A DNA stretch of 64,000 nt from Zancudomyces culisetae HAW-14-8 (GCA_052426225.1 JBNJNM010000011.1:4526001-4590000); one strand, 5' to 3'. Positions 24,800 through 36,140 are shown, counted from the first letter of the stretch. The notes: a model not told the origin generated them from the sequence alone. Numbers and translations: made by a program.

Positions 24800-26897
24800 T
24801 CGGAAGGTTGTAGTTGGTCACTGCCCGTTCCAAATTCTGTCGTAACGCTTTATTTGCCAGCGGTGATAGAATCGCGATTGGCCTTTTTTTGATTGTTGGA
24901 ATCGGTGTAGTTTTTGTTAAATAGTTTGTTTTCTTCTTTCTGGTTATATTCAACCCCTCTATCTTTATAGAACCCTCTTTTTCCTTTTCTTTCTCCCTTT
25001 CTTTTGCTTTTATTTTACCTTTTCTTTCTTTGGGATTATCTATTTTTTCATGTACTAAACTTTGCACTTCTAAATCACATTCACCTTTTCCTTCTTCACT
25101 CTTCTGCTTCTCCTCGCCTCCTATTTCCACCCCCATCTGCTCTTTCTCAGCCTCCTTCACTTTCTCTTCCTCTTGCTGCTGTTTGAGCGCCAGCCGCGTA
25201 CTTCTTCTAGGTTGAATCCTGCTAATATCCCTACTCTTATTATTTTTCTCTGGTTTTGGCTTACCCTCAGAATCCACATTACTCACCTTTTTCAATATTC
25301 CTTTGAGAACAGCCATATTATTGCCATCGCCTAGAATTCCTGCTCCATTTCCGAGTGCTTTGCTGCTGCTATTCACCAAACTTCCAGCCTTTGCCCCTCT
25401 TTTCACCGGTGTGATTGTTGGTGACTTCTTGTCAAAAAGCTCCGGACTTAGTGGCGGGCCAAACCGAACCTTTCGTCTCTTGTTCTTTTTATTTGAGCCT
25501 ACACCTTGCTGTTTCCCATTACCCTCCCCCTCTTCTACATTCTCTTCCATATCGCCACCATCAGTATTGATGGTACTGTCATTAGAATTCGGTGTAGTAT
25601 TGGTCAGCAACCCTGAATTTCTTCTCGCTCTCTTTTTGGCTCTAGTTGGCTCCGGTGTATTTTTTCCCTCTTGTACTCTTATGTCATCAACTCCATTCTT
25701 CTCACCCATCTCTTTCTCCTTATTTTCTTTGTCCACCTCCATGTCTATCCTTTCCATTTCATTTTGTTCTACATCTTTAGCTCGCTGTTGAATAAATTTA
25801 TTTTTTCCCTTTTTCGATGTAGCTATTGCCGCTCGTTTAAAAACATCATCACTGACAAATACCGAAAAATATTCCTGTGGTCGCTCCAATAACTGCTTGA
25901 TTTGTCTCTCCACAAACATTTCCGCTGAATTCCGATATAATTCACGCTTAGTCCCCATGTTTCGTAGCGTTCGGCGTGATGTTTCTGTATCTGAGCCTAT
26001 TTCTCCATACTCTATTCCATCCACCCACATATCCATATCTATGTCTACATTTGTATCTTTTAGTCCTCTCCTTGTCACCATGCGTCTCCTTTTTCTCTTA
26101 ATCTCCTCTTTTCCATACTCTATTTTCATATTCCCCGGTAATGACTTGCTTTTACCGCGCCTTGTCTTTACCATTCCACAATCCGCCCTTTCTTCTCCAT
26201 TCACAGGCTCTTGTAGATTCATCTCTTGAGTATGTAGTCTACTGCTCGAATACAACCTGTCATTTATACTTTTTTCCATTGCTGAAATATCCGGTACATT
26301 CTTTTCCGTTCCGTGCTTTTCCTCTTTTCGCTCAAGCTCGGGATTACTTTCATATCTAAACTTTCTGCTACCTACCTGAATTATCATTCCATTCTTCACC
26401 TCAGCATCGCATATTTCTACCTTCTCCTCTACCTTTGGTACACTCTTCGCTCTTCCCTTTCTTTTTCTGCCTTTTTTCCCCTTACCTCCCTTTCCAATAC
26501 TGTTTTTTCCCGCTTCCTCCAAATCTATTTTACTTTCTGTTTCTCCTTCATTTCCAACCCTTTCTATGATTGATCTTTTCAGAGCCAATCCATCCAGGAT
26601 TGTTTCATGCTCTCCAACGCTCCTAATTCTGATCCCCTTATTCTTATCCACATATAGTACGCATTGCTGCTTTGACACTCCCTCGACCTTGACTTGAATA
26701 TGATTAAAGACATCGCTCCCAATACTACAAATTTTGTTTTCCAGACGAAACACAATCTTTGAATCCTCACCAGTTTTTTTCAATATTACCAATTGTCCAT
26801 ATCTGCCAATATTTGGTGTTATCTGTAGTGCACTACCCAATCTCTCCAATTCTCCTTCCTTGTTCAGGTTACTAGCACTAATTTCCATTTTATCCAT
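24780..26897 (-). CDS. Ki-67-like protein: N-terminal Ki-67-type FHA domain plus Ki-67/RepoMan PP1-binding motif; highly charged disordered remainder
   Basis: GQLVILKKTGED...FRL...CSIG......IQV.V.GVSKQQC...VKNGMIIQVGSRKFRYE parallels human Ki-67 RLVTIKRSGVD..FPL..CLFGR...IRIQLPVVSKQHC...LKHGDVITIIDRSFRYE. KRRKVRFGPPLSPELFDKKSPTITPVKRG parallels Ki-67 KRRRVSFGGHLRPELFDENLPPNTPLKRG (recalled sequences). Confidence 0.8.
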   Translation of the reverse strand: MDKMEISASNLNKEGELERLGSALQITPNIGRYGQLVILKKTGEDSKIVFRLENKICSIGSDVFNHIQVKVEGVSKQQCVLYVDKNKGIRIRSVGEHETILDGLALKRSIIERVGNEGETESKIDLEEAGKNSIGKGGKGKKGRKRKGRAKSVPKVEEKVEICDAEVKNGMIIQVGSRKFRYESNPELERKEEKHGTEKNVPDISAMEKSINDRLYSSSRLHTQEMNLQEPVNGEERADCGMVKTRRGKSKSLPGNMKIEYGKEEIKRKRRRMVTRRGLKDTNVDIDMDMWVDGIEYGEIGSDTETSRRTLRNMGTKRELYRNSAEMFVERQIKQLLERPQEYFSVFVSDDVFKRAAIATSKKGKNKFIQQRAKDVEQNEMERIDMEVDKENKEKEMGEKNGVDDIRVQEGKNTPEPTRAKKRARRNSGLLTNTTPNSNDSTINTDGGDMEENVEEGEGNGKQQGVGSNKKNKRRKVRFGPPLSPELFDKKSPTITPVKRGAKAGSLVNSSSKALGNGAGILGDGNNMAVLKGILKKVSNVDSEGKPKPEKNNKSRDISRIQPRRSTRLALKQQQEEEKVKEAEKEQMGVEIGGEEKQKSEEGKGECDLEVQSLVHEKIDNPKERKGKIKAKEREKEKEKEGSIKIEGLNITRKKKTNYLTKTTPIPTIKKRPIAILSPLANKALRQNLERAVTNYNLPTKLEFC

Positions 26898-28696
26898 ACT
26901 CGGTCTCCTATCTCGCGGTTATTCTTATAAATTACTATCACTCATAAACGGAAAATCAATGGAAAACGAGCACGATTCTTGCTAGTAAAACAATAACCAA
27001 CTATTTTTATTCGATTCTAAGCAAAATTTAACTCGTATTATTAACATCAAAAATTGAAATTATATCTCATACATTTGTTATACCATGCAGATGTATTTTT
27101 TTTTTGTACTCAAATAAAGCCAGGAACGAGTTCTTGTTGTTATGTTCATATTAACTTGGATTGTTAAGAGCTCAGCCTGAAGAAACTCCAACCACTATTT
27201 CGATTTTTTTAAATTGCAGTTCTATTTGTAGGGTTTGTTGATGGTGTTTTCTATACAACAAATTCATTGGCATTGTTGAAAATATTGGTTATTGGTTTTT
27301 GTTTGTTTACTTTTATGTTATTTTTTCATTATTTCAATATTTTATATGTATTGTATAACCACAAACAACCCATTCAATCAAAATTATGCTCTGATTAAAG
27401 AATTATCTTGTTAGTTTCTTTCAAAGTGTGAACATAAATAGCTTAAAAGGTTTTATTCATCACAAACTATCGACAGTCAATTTAAATTTTTGTAAAAGCT
27501 CATACCAACCACGAATAACTATGGACATTCCTTTGACTTTACAATATATCTTTTGGACAACTAGCTACACTTCCAAAACCTAATATGTATACCTCAAATA
27601 TATATACATATATCCCCCCCCCCTCTCCCTCCCTCCCTCGTTCTTACACAATATCAGCCATTTCTATGAGCAAGCCGGTTGCAACCAAAGCAATTTGTAA
27701 TAAACCCACACAAAAACTATAGACCGTGTATGAAACATGGAAACGTCATTATTACAAAACATGTCTTGGAAGGGGCAACTCTCGAGAACCAGTGTTACAA
27801 TATTACTTGTTTTTTTTTTGCCAAAAGTTTATATTATCTGTTTACCATAATGATGTACATATGTATAGAATATATAGTGCTATTATTACAACCACCATTG
27901 TAGCGACTGTAATAGTTACCATAATGATACAGAGTATTTTTTTTATTTACTACACTTTGCATGGCCAGGCATTCTAGCCACCTGGTACTTTTCTTTGGTA
28001 TTGTGAACTAGTGGTTTCAGCTTACTTCAGCTAACCTCAGCCTATCTCAACCTATCTCACCTCACCTCACCATCTCACTTCCATTTTCATCCTATACTGT
28101 TAGCCCCAGCTACTAATGGATGCATTATGCCTACCCTCCACCAACCTGCAATACCTTCGAAATAAGTTTATTATTATACTACCAGCCTCACTTCATTACA
28201 CTAAGCTTTCTTTTACATACAAGGTAGTATTGATATCTGTTTGTAATGATTTGAAATGTTTTTGAGAATATAGAATAGAATAAAGGGAAATACAGGGCAT
28301 AATTTTTGATTTCTCGTTTATATTGATCAAGAAAACATGTAGTTGTGAAGAGATTTGGTTTTTTGATTATTTTTATGGGAATATCCTTACAACACACATA
28401 GAAAAAGTGCAGAGCAAATGTGTGTTAGTGGGGTTGGTGTGGATGAAGCATTGCCAGCAAAATGACATGTTTATAAGGTGTATATAGCACATTAAAAAGC
28501 ATAAAAGTGAATATATTACACAAATACTAACAGCTAATAAGCCTTTGCCCATCTTGCTTTGTTTGAATATTATAGAAGTATATATTAAATAGGTATAACA
28601 GCATAAATAAAGATACAAAAAAAGTTAAAACTAAATAAAATTTAAATACATGCACAAGTAGTGGTGAGTTTAGCGAATTTGGTATATTTGTATCTA

Positions 28697-30166
28697 TTAG
28701 AGTATATACCTAAAGCTTGGATGGAAATCATGCATAGCTCTTTGTTCTTCAGGAGTCAAGTGAGATACGTCTTGGGGATGCGCTTCCCGCTGTTTGTTTG
28801 CCTTGTTGAGTGCAAACGCAAGTGTTAGTGCTACTACAATTGAAAGAGCATACAATCCAAAAGCAAGTGAATATCCAGCGATGTACTTTGGTGCAGTTGC
28901 AGTGGTGAACAAATACGGGACAGCAAGACCAACAACATTACCAACCATTGCAAATACCGCAGACATCAACGCACGCTTTTGAGTGCTACCAGCATTTACT
29001 GACATCCAACTTGTAGCTATTGGGAAAATAGCATAGACTGGGATTCCTAGAGCAAACATAAAGACGAGTCGTACGACATTATTAGTGGAAAACGCAACTA
29101 CTGCAAAGAAAGCGGCTGTTATGATATCGGCACCTACAATTCGAATCCAGTATGGGACTTTTTGGAATACAAATGCAAATGTAATTGTACTACAAGTACC
29201 AATTGCTGACACAACTGCAAACAGGAATGTAGCTTCAGATCTTGAAAATCCAAACGATTTTATAATGGTTGGACCAATAAGCCCCAAAATCAGCAAGGAG
29301 GCGGTTCTGGACAAGTTAAGAATGGCAAACGCCCACACCTTCCAGTCGAGGATAGTTTCGAGAATAGATTTAAATGTGACATGGGACCTTTCGGCACTTC
29401 CCTGACTAGCATTAATTCTCTTTATAACAAGAGCTTTTTCTTTTTCTGAAAAGAATTTTGCGTGTTCAGGATAGTCTTTAATCAAAAATATTGCAGCAAT
29501 CGAGATGACCAGTGTTATTGTTCCACCAAAGATAAAAATGGACTGGTAGGCTATCAGTTTGCCAACTTTTATTGAGGCGAATGCTCCATACAGCAGATTG
29601 ACAATTCCTGAGCCTGGGTGCGCTGAAAACATGATGGACATTCGCGAACCTAGATCCTCTCTGGTGTACCAGTATGCCAAGTATGTGATCATTCCTGGTG
29701 TGAATCCTGCTTCAAAGATACCCAAAAGCAGTCTGATAATTACTGCCTGTGTTGCATTTGTTACTGCTGCCATACACATGCATGTGATTGACCACGATAT
29801 TCCAATAAATGGAAACCAGAATGATGGGCGGGTTTTTTTCAAGATTATATTGGCAAATGGTTCCATAGCAATGTATGTGGTGAAAAACAGAGAGTTAATA
29901 TTTCCTTGATCTGTTGATGTCAGATCTAATTTCTCTATTATTCCATTGATCAATGCCGCACCCATGTTATATCTATCCATTGCTCCCGCAAGGTACATGA
30001 GGTACATAATCGGCAATACTCTGATGTCAATCTTTCTTATTGCCTTTTTTAGCACGGACACCTCCTCTTGAGTAAATTCGAGACCCTTATTCACCTCACG
30101 TCTTTCTTTTTCTCTGCCATGGCTATCCTCAACCTCAATACCCACGGTTTTCTCAAGATCACTCAT
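28697..30166 (-). CDS. MFS transporter, anion:cation symporter (Dal5/Tna1-like) family
   Basis: RKIDIRVLP, DRYNMG, RLLLGIFEAGFTPG, WYTREDLGSR, FIFGG, DYPEHAKF; about 12 hydrophobic helices; C-terminal D.HPSFRY. ATG at 30166. Confidence 0.92.
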   Translation of the reverse strand: MSDLEKTVGIEVEDSHGREKERREVNKGLEFTQEEVSVLKKAIRKIDIRVLPIMYLMYLAGAMDRYNMGAALINGIIEKLDLTSTDQGNINSLFFTTYIAMEPFANIILKKTRPSFWFPFIGISWSITCMCMAAVTNATQAVIIRLLLGIFEAGFTPGMITYLAYWYTREDLGSRMSIMFSAHPGSGIVNLLYGAFASIKVGKLIAYQSIFIFGGTITLVISIAAIFLIKDYPEHAKFFSEKEKALVIKRINASQGSAERSHVTFKSILETILDWKVWAFAILNLSRTASLLILGLIGPTIIKSFGFSRSEATFLFAVVSAIGTCSTITFAFVFQKVPYWIRIVGADIITAAFFAVVAFSTNNVVRLVFMFALGIPVYAIFPIATSWMSVNAGSTQKRALMSAVFAMVGNVVGLAVPYLFTTATAPKYIAGYSLAFGLYALSIVVALTLAFALNKANKQREAHPQDVSHLTPEEQRAMHDFHPSFRYIL

Positions 30167-31348
30167 TTTGTTTTTTTGGTATATAAAAGCCACTAAGGGT
30201 GTTGGTGGTGGTTATTTGAGATTCTAGCTCCTTCTGTTTCTGTTTCTTGAGTGAGATCAATGAAAAACCTTGTGAGGAGAAAGTTTGGTCCTATTTATAA
30301 TGTTTTGTGGTTTATTAATCAATATTCTTTCAAATCCAGTATCTGCCTATGAAAGTTTATTGTCCCGCACGTGTACTACGTTGTGTTAAGGCTAAATGAT
30401 GCCCGAATTCAAAAGGTATGCATTTGGTCTGTGATTTCGACAATAAAAAAAATTTTTTTGATAAAAAATTTTTTAGCGAAATTATTGATCGTGTGAAAAT
30501 TTAGGAATGTGTATTTTGGTTACCTAACATTAAGCAACAAAAAAACCCAACTTTGATAAATATTTAGTTATTTGAACTTCTGTTTTCCCCGACCCTATTA
30601 TTGGCCCAGTTGAAATAACTGAGCTTGATGGGACTTCCTTAAAAATTATTCCGTAGATATTTTTATCCCGATGCTGTGTGGTACATATTTTTGTAACCTC
30701 CACCCATAATTGTTGTTCGAAATTTAGTCCATGTAAAATTAGATTGATTTTTGCTAACTAAAAAATAATTAAATGTATAATTTTAGCCAATAAAAAACAA
30801 TAAATAGAAACATGCTCAAATACTGCAACATCTCTGGCTGTGATTAAAGATAATGATGGTGATAAGAAAAACTAGTATTGTTAGATTCTCCTGACCTTTC
30901 CTTGTTTTTTAATTTTATTTTGCATAATGGGTTTTATATGTAAATGTAATATAACTACTAAAATTATCTCAATAATATCTATCTAGCCAATCCCTTTCCG
31001 CTTATCGAAGCACCCTACACTCACCCGGTATTAGCTCGGAAAGCTGTTCCTGCTTCAGGTTGGTCCGAAGTGATCATCCTGTTGTGGAATTCTAACAAAG
31101 AATCTCATTGTGTTCAGTCCAATTAATCGATAATCGCTTTTGGTTTTTCAGAATTATTTCGAACTATAATTATGACATAAAGCCATATTTCTGTCACCAG
31201 CTGATGCAACAGCTTATAGTATTCGCTTCGGAAAAATAAGTGATGAAGATTGAGAACAAATGACAAGTAAAAAAAATGCACAAGGATATTTATTTAATTC
31301 CTGAATCTAGACAAAACAACGAAAAAAAAGAATTACAAAAAAAATAAA

Positions 31349-33319
31349 TTAGTCGACCTCTTCGATGGTTGGACCAGAGTCACCACCAGCATTACCTGGA
31401 GCACCACCAGCACCTGGGAATCCACCTGGAGCACCACCAGCGCCAGGGAAGCCACCTGGGGCAGCACCAGCACCGGCACCAGCACCTTGGTAAAGCTTGG
31501 TCATGATTGGGTTAGTGACCTCCTCAAGCTCCTTGAGTCTGGACTCGTATTCGTCCTTGGATGCTTCTTGGTTGTTTTCCAACCAGGTGATGGTATCGTC
31601 GATGGCTGATTCCATCTTAGTCTTGTCCTCAGCAGAAAGAAGACCAGCAATCTTCTCATCGCGAACAGAGTTGCGGAGGTTGTAGGCCATGGACTCGAGA
31701 CCGTTGCGGGCAGAGATGCGGGCAGCGATTTCTTCGTCATCCTTCTTGTATTTCTCAGCATCGTTGACCATGCGCTCAATGTCCTCCTTGGAGAGACGAC
31801 CCTTGTCGTTGGTGATGGTAATCTTGTTGCTCTTTCCGGTGGTCTTGTCAACAGCAGAGACGTTAAGGATACCGTTGGCATCAATATCGAAGGTTACTTC
31901 GACTTGAGGAACACCACGGGGAGCTGGAGGAATGCCGGTAAGCTCGAACTTACCAAGCATGTTGTTGTCGCGGGTTCTTGCACGCTCACCTTCGTATACT
32001 TGGATAAGAACACCAGGTTGGTTGTCAGCATAGGTGGAGAAGATTTCGGACTTCTTGGTTGGTACAGTGCTGTTGCGCTTGATGAGAGTAGTCATGACAC
32101 CACCAGCAGTCTCAATTCCGAGAGACAATGGGGTGACATCGAGAAGAAGCAAGTCTTGGGTCTTCTCACTGGTATCTCCAGTCAAGACGGCGGCTTGTAC
32201 AGCAGCTCCGTAGGCAACAGCTTCATCAGGATTGATCGACTTGTCAAGTTCCTTTCCGTTGAAGTAGTCTGAGATCATCTTTTGGACCTTTGGAATTCTG
32301 GTGGATCCACCAACCATTACAATTTCACTGACTTGTGACTTGTCGACCTTGGCGTCACGGAGAACCTTTTCTACAGGGTCCAAAGTTGAACGGAACAAGT
32401 CGTTGTTGAGTTCCTCAAAGCGGGCACGGGTGATTGAGGTGTAGAAGTCAATACCTTCAAACAAGGAGTCGATTTCTACTGTGGTTTGGGTGGCACTGGA
32501 CAAAGTGCGCTTAGCACGCTCACAAGCTGTTCTCAAACGACGCAATGCACGGGCGTTTCCTGTCAAGTCCTTCTTGAACTTGCGCTTGAACTCCTCTGAG
32601 AAGAATGATACCAATCTGTTGTCAAAGTCTTCACCTCCCAAATGTGTGTCTCCGGCTGTTGACTTGACCTCAAAGATTCCTTCTTCAATAGACAACAAGG
32701 ATACATCGAATGTTCCACCTCCCAAATCGAAAATCAATACAAGTTTCTCTCCACCTGCTTTCTTGTCCAAACCGTAAGCAATGGCTGCTGCTGTTGGCTC
32801 GTTAATAATACGAAGTACATTCAGTCCTGCAATCATTCCTGCATCCTTGGTTGCTTGTCTTTGAGAGTCATTGAAGTATGCTGGTACTGTGATGACAGCA
32901 TCCTTAACCTCTGCACCAATGTATGCCTCAGCTGTCTCTCTCATCTTACTCAAAATCATAGATGATATTTCTTCTGGGGTAAACTTCTTGGTCTCCCCCT
33001 TGTATTCTACCATACAGTATGGCTTTCCTTTCTCATCTACTATCTTGTATGAAAAGTGTTTCATATCTGATTGTACTTCTGCGTCCTCAAATCGTCTTCC
33101 AATCAATCTCTTTACGTCAAAGACTGTGTTTGTTGGGTTCATTGCTACCTGGTTCTTTGCTGCATCTCCAATAAGTCTTTCTTCATCTGTGAAGGCGACG
33201 TATGATGGTGTTGTGCGGTTACCTTGGTCATTGGCAATGATTTCAACTCTGTCGTTTTGCCATACTCCCACACATGAGTATGTTGTTCCCAAATCTATTC
33301 CTACTGCTTTGGTTGCCAT
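31349..33319 (-). CDS. HSP70: Cytosolic Hsp70 (Ssa-type)
   Basis: [35 protein letters not shown] repeats, terminal GPTIEEVD. Confidence 0.99.
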   Translation of the reverse strand: MATKAVGIDLGTTYSCVGVWQNDRVEIIANDQGNRTTPSYVAFTDEERLIGDAAKNQVAMNPTNTVFDVKRLIGRRFEDAEVQSDMKHFSYKIVDEKGKPYCMVEYKGETKKFTPEEISSMILSKMRETAEAYIGAEVKDAVITVPAYFNDSQRQATKDAGMIAGLNVLRIINEPTAAAIAYGLDKKAGGEKLVLIFDLGGGTFDVSLLSIEEGIFEVKSTAGDTHLGGEDFDNRLVSFFSEEFKRKFKKDLTGNARALRRLRTACERAKRTLSSATQTTVEIDSLFEGIDFYTSITRARFEELNNDLFRSTLDPVEKVLRDAKVDKSQVSEIVMVGGSTRIPKVQKMISDYFNGKELDKSINPDEAVAYGAAVQAAVLTGDTSEKTQDLLLLDVTPLSLGIETAGGVMTTLIKRNSTVPTKKSEIFSTYADNQPGVLIQVYEGERARTRDNNMLGKFELTGIPPAPRGVPQVEVTFDIDANGILNVSAVDKTTGKSNKITITNDKGRLSKEDIERMVNDAEKYKKDDEEIAARISARNGLESMAYNLRNSVRDEKIAGLLSAEDKTKMESAIDDTITWLENNQEASKDEYESRLKELEEVTNPIMTKLYQGAGAGAGAAPGGFPGAGGAPGGFPGAGGAPGNAGGDSGPTIEEVD

Positions 33320-33754
33320 TTTTCTTTTCTTGCAAATTCAATAGTGTATTTTACCTTTTGAATTATAAATTCTTTCTGATTTTAAAATTACAGTCGAAAA
33401 ATCTTTTTAGTTTACTATTTATATCCAGTAAATATTTTTTCTACTTATTCGTTTTCGTACTGGTGAAAAATATCAATTTTCATGGCTTTTTATATGCTTT
33501 TTTCTTTAGCCTCTCCCCTTCTCCCCTTCACCCCTCTGTTCTTTTTTGGTCTATCTGTTTCTTTGCATAATGTATAATTCTTGTGCTTTTCCTCCTCAAA
33601 ATTATCTATCATGTTCCTGGTTTTTCCATAAACCTCTTTTTTTTTCCAATCCATCTTTTGTTTACATTTTAATGCAAATCTCAGAAAAAAGAAAAAAAAA
33701 ATTTTTTTTTTGCAAGAACAATGTCATAATAAAACGAAGACCACCTAGTGGCTA

Positions 33755-33812
33755 GAAATACTCTTTTTGTTCTATTGATTTCGATTTGCTTCCATATTTC
33801 CAATGCTTTCCC
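33755..33812. promoter_or_regulatory. Candidate step-type heat-shock element upstream of HSP70
   Basis: TTC triplets at 33770, 33780 and 33790 (exact 10-bp spacing) and a GAA at 33755, about 450 bp upstream of the HSP70 ATG. TATA-like TATAAAAA on the minus strand near 33490. Confidence 0.35.
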
Positions 33813-34330
33813 GTTTTCCTGCTTTCCTGCTTTCCTGCTTTTTGTGGTGCTCATCCTTTCCTATGCTATTTTTGCTTATGGTCAAGAGTACAAATTAGCA
33901 TTTTTTTGGAAAAACTGGGCTGTGTAAACTGCATATCTACACTGTTTTTTTTTTCGCTTTTGTTCCATCTCAAACTTGTTACATTGATCTGCACATTTTT
34001 GCCTTCAATAACATTACTCATTTATTTGTCAATCCACCTTCATCTCCACCTTCACCTCCTGTTCCTGATCCTCCTCAACACAAAAACACTCAAAAATGAA
34101 AAAAATAAGCCATAATCTTTCTCCATTCTTCTCCCCCACTTTTCTTTCCTCAGCTTTCTACATTTCAATTAGTAGTTCCAGTAACTCGCTTTTAAATCAG
34201 AAACCCCTTTTATTTTCTTGTTCATGCATAGCCCAATTTATCCATTCCTGTCCCCCTAAAATTAAAGTGTGTTCACGCACTTATCTACACTCATTTGCTT
34301 TTGTTCCAAACTAAATCTACTTATCCTACT

Positions 34331-34369
34331 ATTTCCCGTTTTGTATTTCCCGTTTTGTATTTCCCGTTT
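34331..34369. repeat. 14-bp tandem repeat ATTTCCCGTTTTGT x ~3
   Basis: Read directly, between CWC21 and the HSP70 promoter. Confidence 0.8.
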
Positions 34370-34718
34370 CTTGTTTTCTTTTGATCAACCAATTTCCTTC
34401 AAATCCCCTAGACTTTCTATAACCACAAAAACAATTGCTTTGGTTACTGATGGAGTTGTGTTTATGCTGCCATTCTTTAATACTCTCACAGTATTTGCCA
34501 CTATCAGAGTATCACAAACTACAGAGTGCAAAGCAATCCAAAGCAGGCTAGAAAATAGTCATCAAGAACACAATACAAACCTTGGTCGTTTCTAAATGCC
34601 GCATTACAACTAGACCATGTTTTTTTATCATTACCTTTAATTTACAAAACGTATGGCATATCCGCAAAACATACTATCAAAATCTAGAAAGAAAAAAAAT
34701 GGTAAACAAGGTTACTAA

Positions 34719-36140
34719 CTATCGCTTTCTATAAGAAGCACGTGAGCGTGAACTTGATGTTGACCTTGTCCTTGACCTTGATCTTGACCTTGATCTTGAC
34801 CTCGAGGATCTTGTTCCTGACACATAGCGTCTAGGACTGTATTCCTTGCGGCTATACTTGCGTCTCCTGCCTCTGCTCCGATACTTTCTTGTATCTCTAT
34901 CACTACTCCTACTTCTGTGTCTATTCCTACTCCTATGAGTATCATTGTCGCTCTCACTGTCATTACGACTATCTTTATCAGTGCGCCTACTTCTGTATTT
35001 ATCACTACTCTTGCTTCTACTTCTATCCCTGTATCTACTTCTGTATCTACCCCTGCTTCTAGATCTTGAATCAGATCTCGAATAGTTCTCTCGTTTTTTA
35101 TTTTCATTTTGCAAAGAAGACGACATAGCTGATGGTAAAGCATCTCTTGCAAATGTTTTTTCCATCCCACCCTCACCCTCACTTTCACACTTCAGCTCAC
35201 CCTCCTCGCCTTCTCTTTCACTAGAGCTCTCTCTCTCCTCTAGTACTTTACCCTTTGATTTATGCCTTTTGGCCTCAAACGAACTCGCTCGTGAGCTATA
35301 GCTTGAGCTACGGCTGCGACCGCGTTTACGCTTTATTTCGCGCTCATCCCTTATTTCACTTTCATCTGAGCTCTCCCCCTCGCTTGATTCCCCACTTGAC
35401 CCTTTGTGCCTTCGACTCTTTTCCCTCTTATGATCTTCCAAAAGCTGTCGTCTTTCTAGTTCGATTCGTCTACGCTCACGCTCCATAATTCTTTTTTGTT
35501 TTTTCAATTCCATTAGCTCTTTATCAAATGCCATCCCCTCCACATATCCCTCCTCTTCTTCCCCCTCCTCATTCTCCTCTCCGCTTTCCTTATCACCCCC
35601 TTCCTCGGCCCCTTCTCTTCTCCTCGGTCCGCGTGATTTACGCCCAGTCAGATCAATCCCCAATGCCCTCGCCATCTTTGCATTTTCCTTCTCCTTGGCC
35701 TCTAAGATCTTATGTGTCTCATAATGCTTTATTTTTTGTCCACTCTTTTCCATCTCCTCGTGGATAGTCATGCCAAATGCAGGATCACTAGATAACTTTC
35801 TTTGGCGGTTTTGTTCCTCATACTCTGCATACAGCTTTTCTCGCAATTTTTTACATTCCTGCTCAATTTCTTCTTCGTCCAGCTCCTCTTTTTCCTCCAA
35901 CATGTCCTGAAACGCCAGAATTCGATTTTCAATCATTCGCCTGCGTTCATGCTCCAGAATTTCTTGGTCCATCCGTTTTCCCAACTTACTTCCATCACGG
36001 CTGAATGATTCCTCCTGCTTTCGCTGTCGTTCTTTTCTCTGTTCGTATGTCTGTTGATTTTTTATGTGCGATAGATTACGCGTTACGTAGCCGCTTGTTC
36101 CCGTACCACGGGTGCTGGTTAATCCTATTCCGTTATACAT
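34719..36140 (-). CDS. CWC21: Pre-mRNA splicing factor Cwc21/SRRM2-like with RS-rich tail
   Basis: N-terminus MYNGIGLTSTRGTGTSGYVTRNLS; cwf21 domain EILEHERRRMIE...LREKL; ETHKI..AKEKEN..MARALGI; long RS domain. Confidence 0.93.
   Translation of the reverse strand: MYNGIGLTSTRGTGTSGYVTRNLSHIKNQQTYEQRKERQRKQEESFSRDGSKLGKRMDQEILEHERRRMIENRILAFQDMLEEKEELDEEEIEQECKKLREKLYAEYEEQNRQRKLSSDPAFGMTIHEEMEKSGQKIKHYETHKILEAKEKENAKMARALGIDLTGRKSRGPRRREGAEEGGDKESGEENEEGEEEEGYVEGMAFDKELMELKKQKRIMERERRRIELERRQLLEDHKREKSRRHKGSSGESSEGESSDESEIRDEREIKRKRGRSRSSSYSSRASSFEAKRHKSKGKVLEERESSSEREGEEGELKCESEGEGGMEKTFARDALPSAMSSSLQNENKKRENYSRSDSRSRSRGRYRSRYRDRSRSKSSDKYRSRRTDKDSRNDSESDNDTHRSRNRHRSRSSDRDTRKYRSRGRRRKYSRKEYSPRRYVSGTRSSRSRSRSRSRSRTRSTSSSRSRASYRKR

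Noticed and set aside
31016-31110. Minus-strand frame ending ...NTG-TGA-V-TAG, like a C-terminal selenocysteine (some early-diverging fungi use Sec)
   Set aside because: Very short, no redox motif, no upstream exons available and no SECIS seen. No selenoprotein or tRNA-Sec was identified anywhere in the window.
31497-33344. Multiple + strand ORFs opposite HSP70 (also ORFs antisense to CHS, ABCB, RPL5, MFS, CWC21, Ki-67-like and the TP repeat)
   Set aside because: Shadow ORFs caused by codon bias or low complexity of the real gene; no independent motifs.
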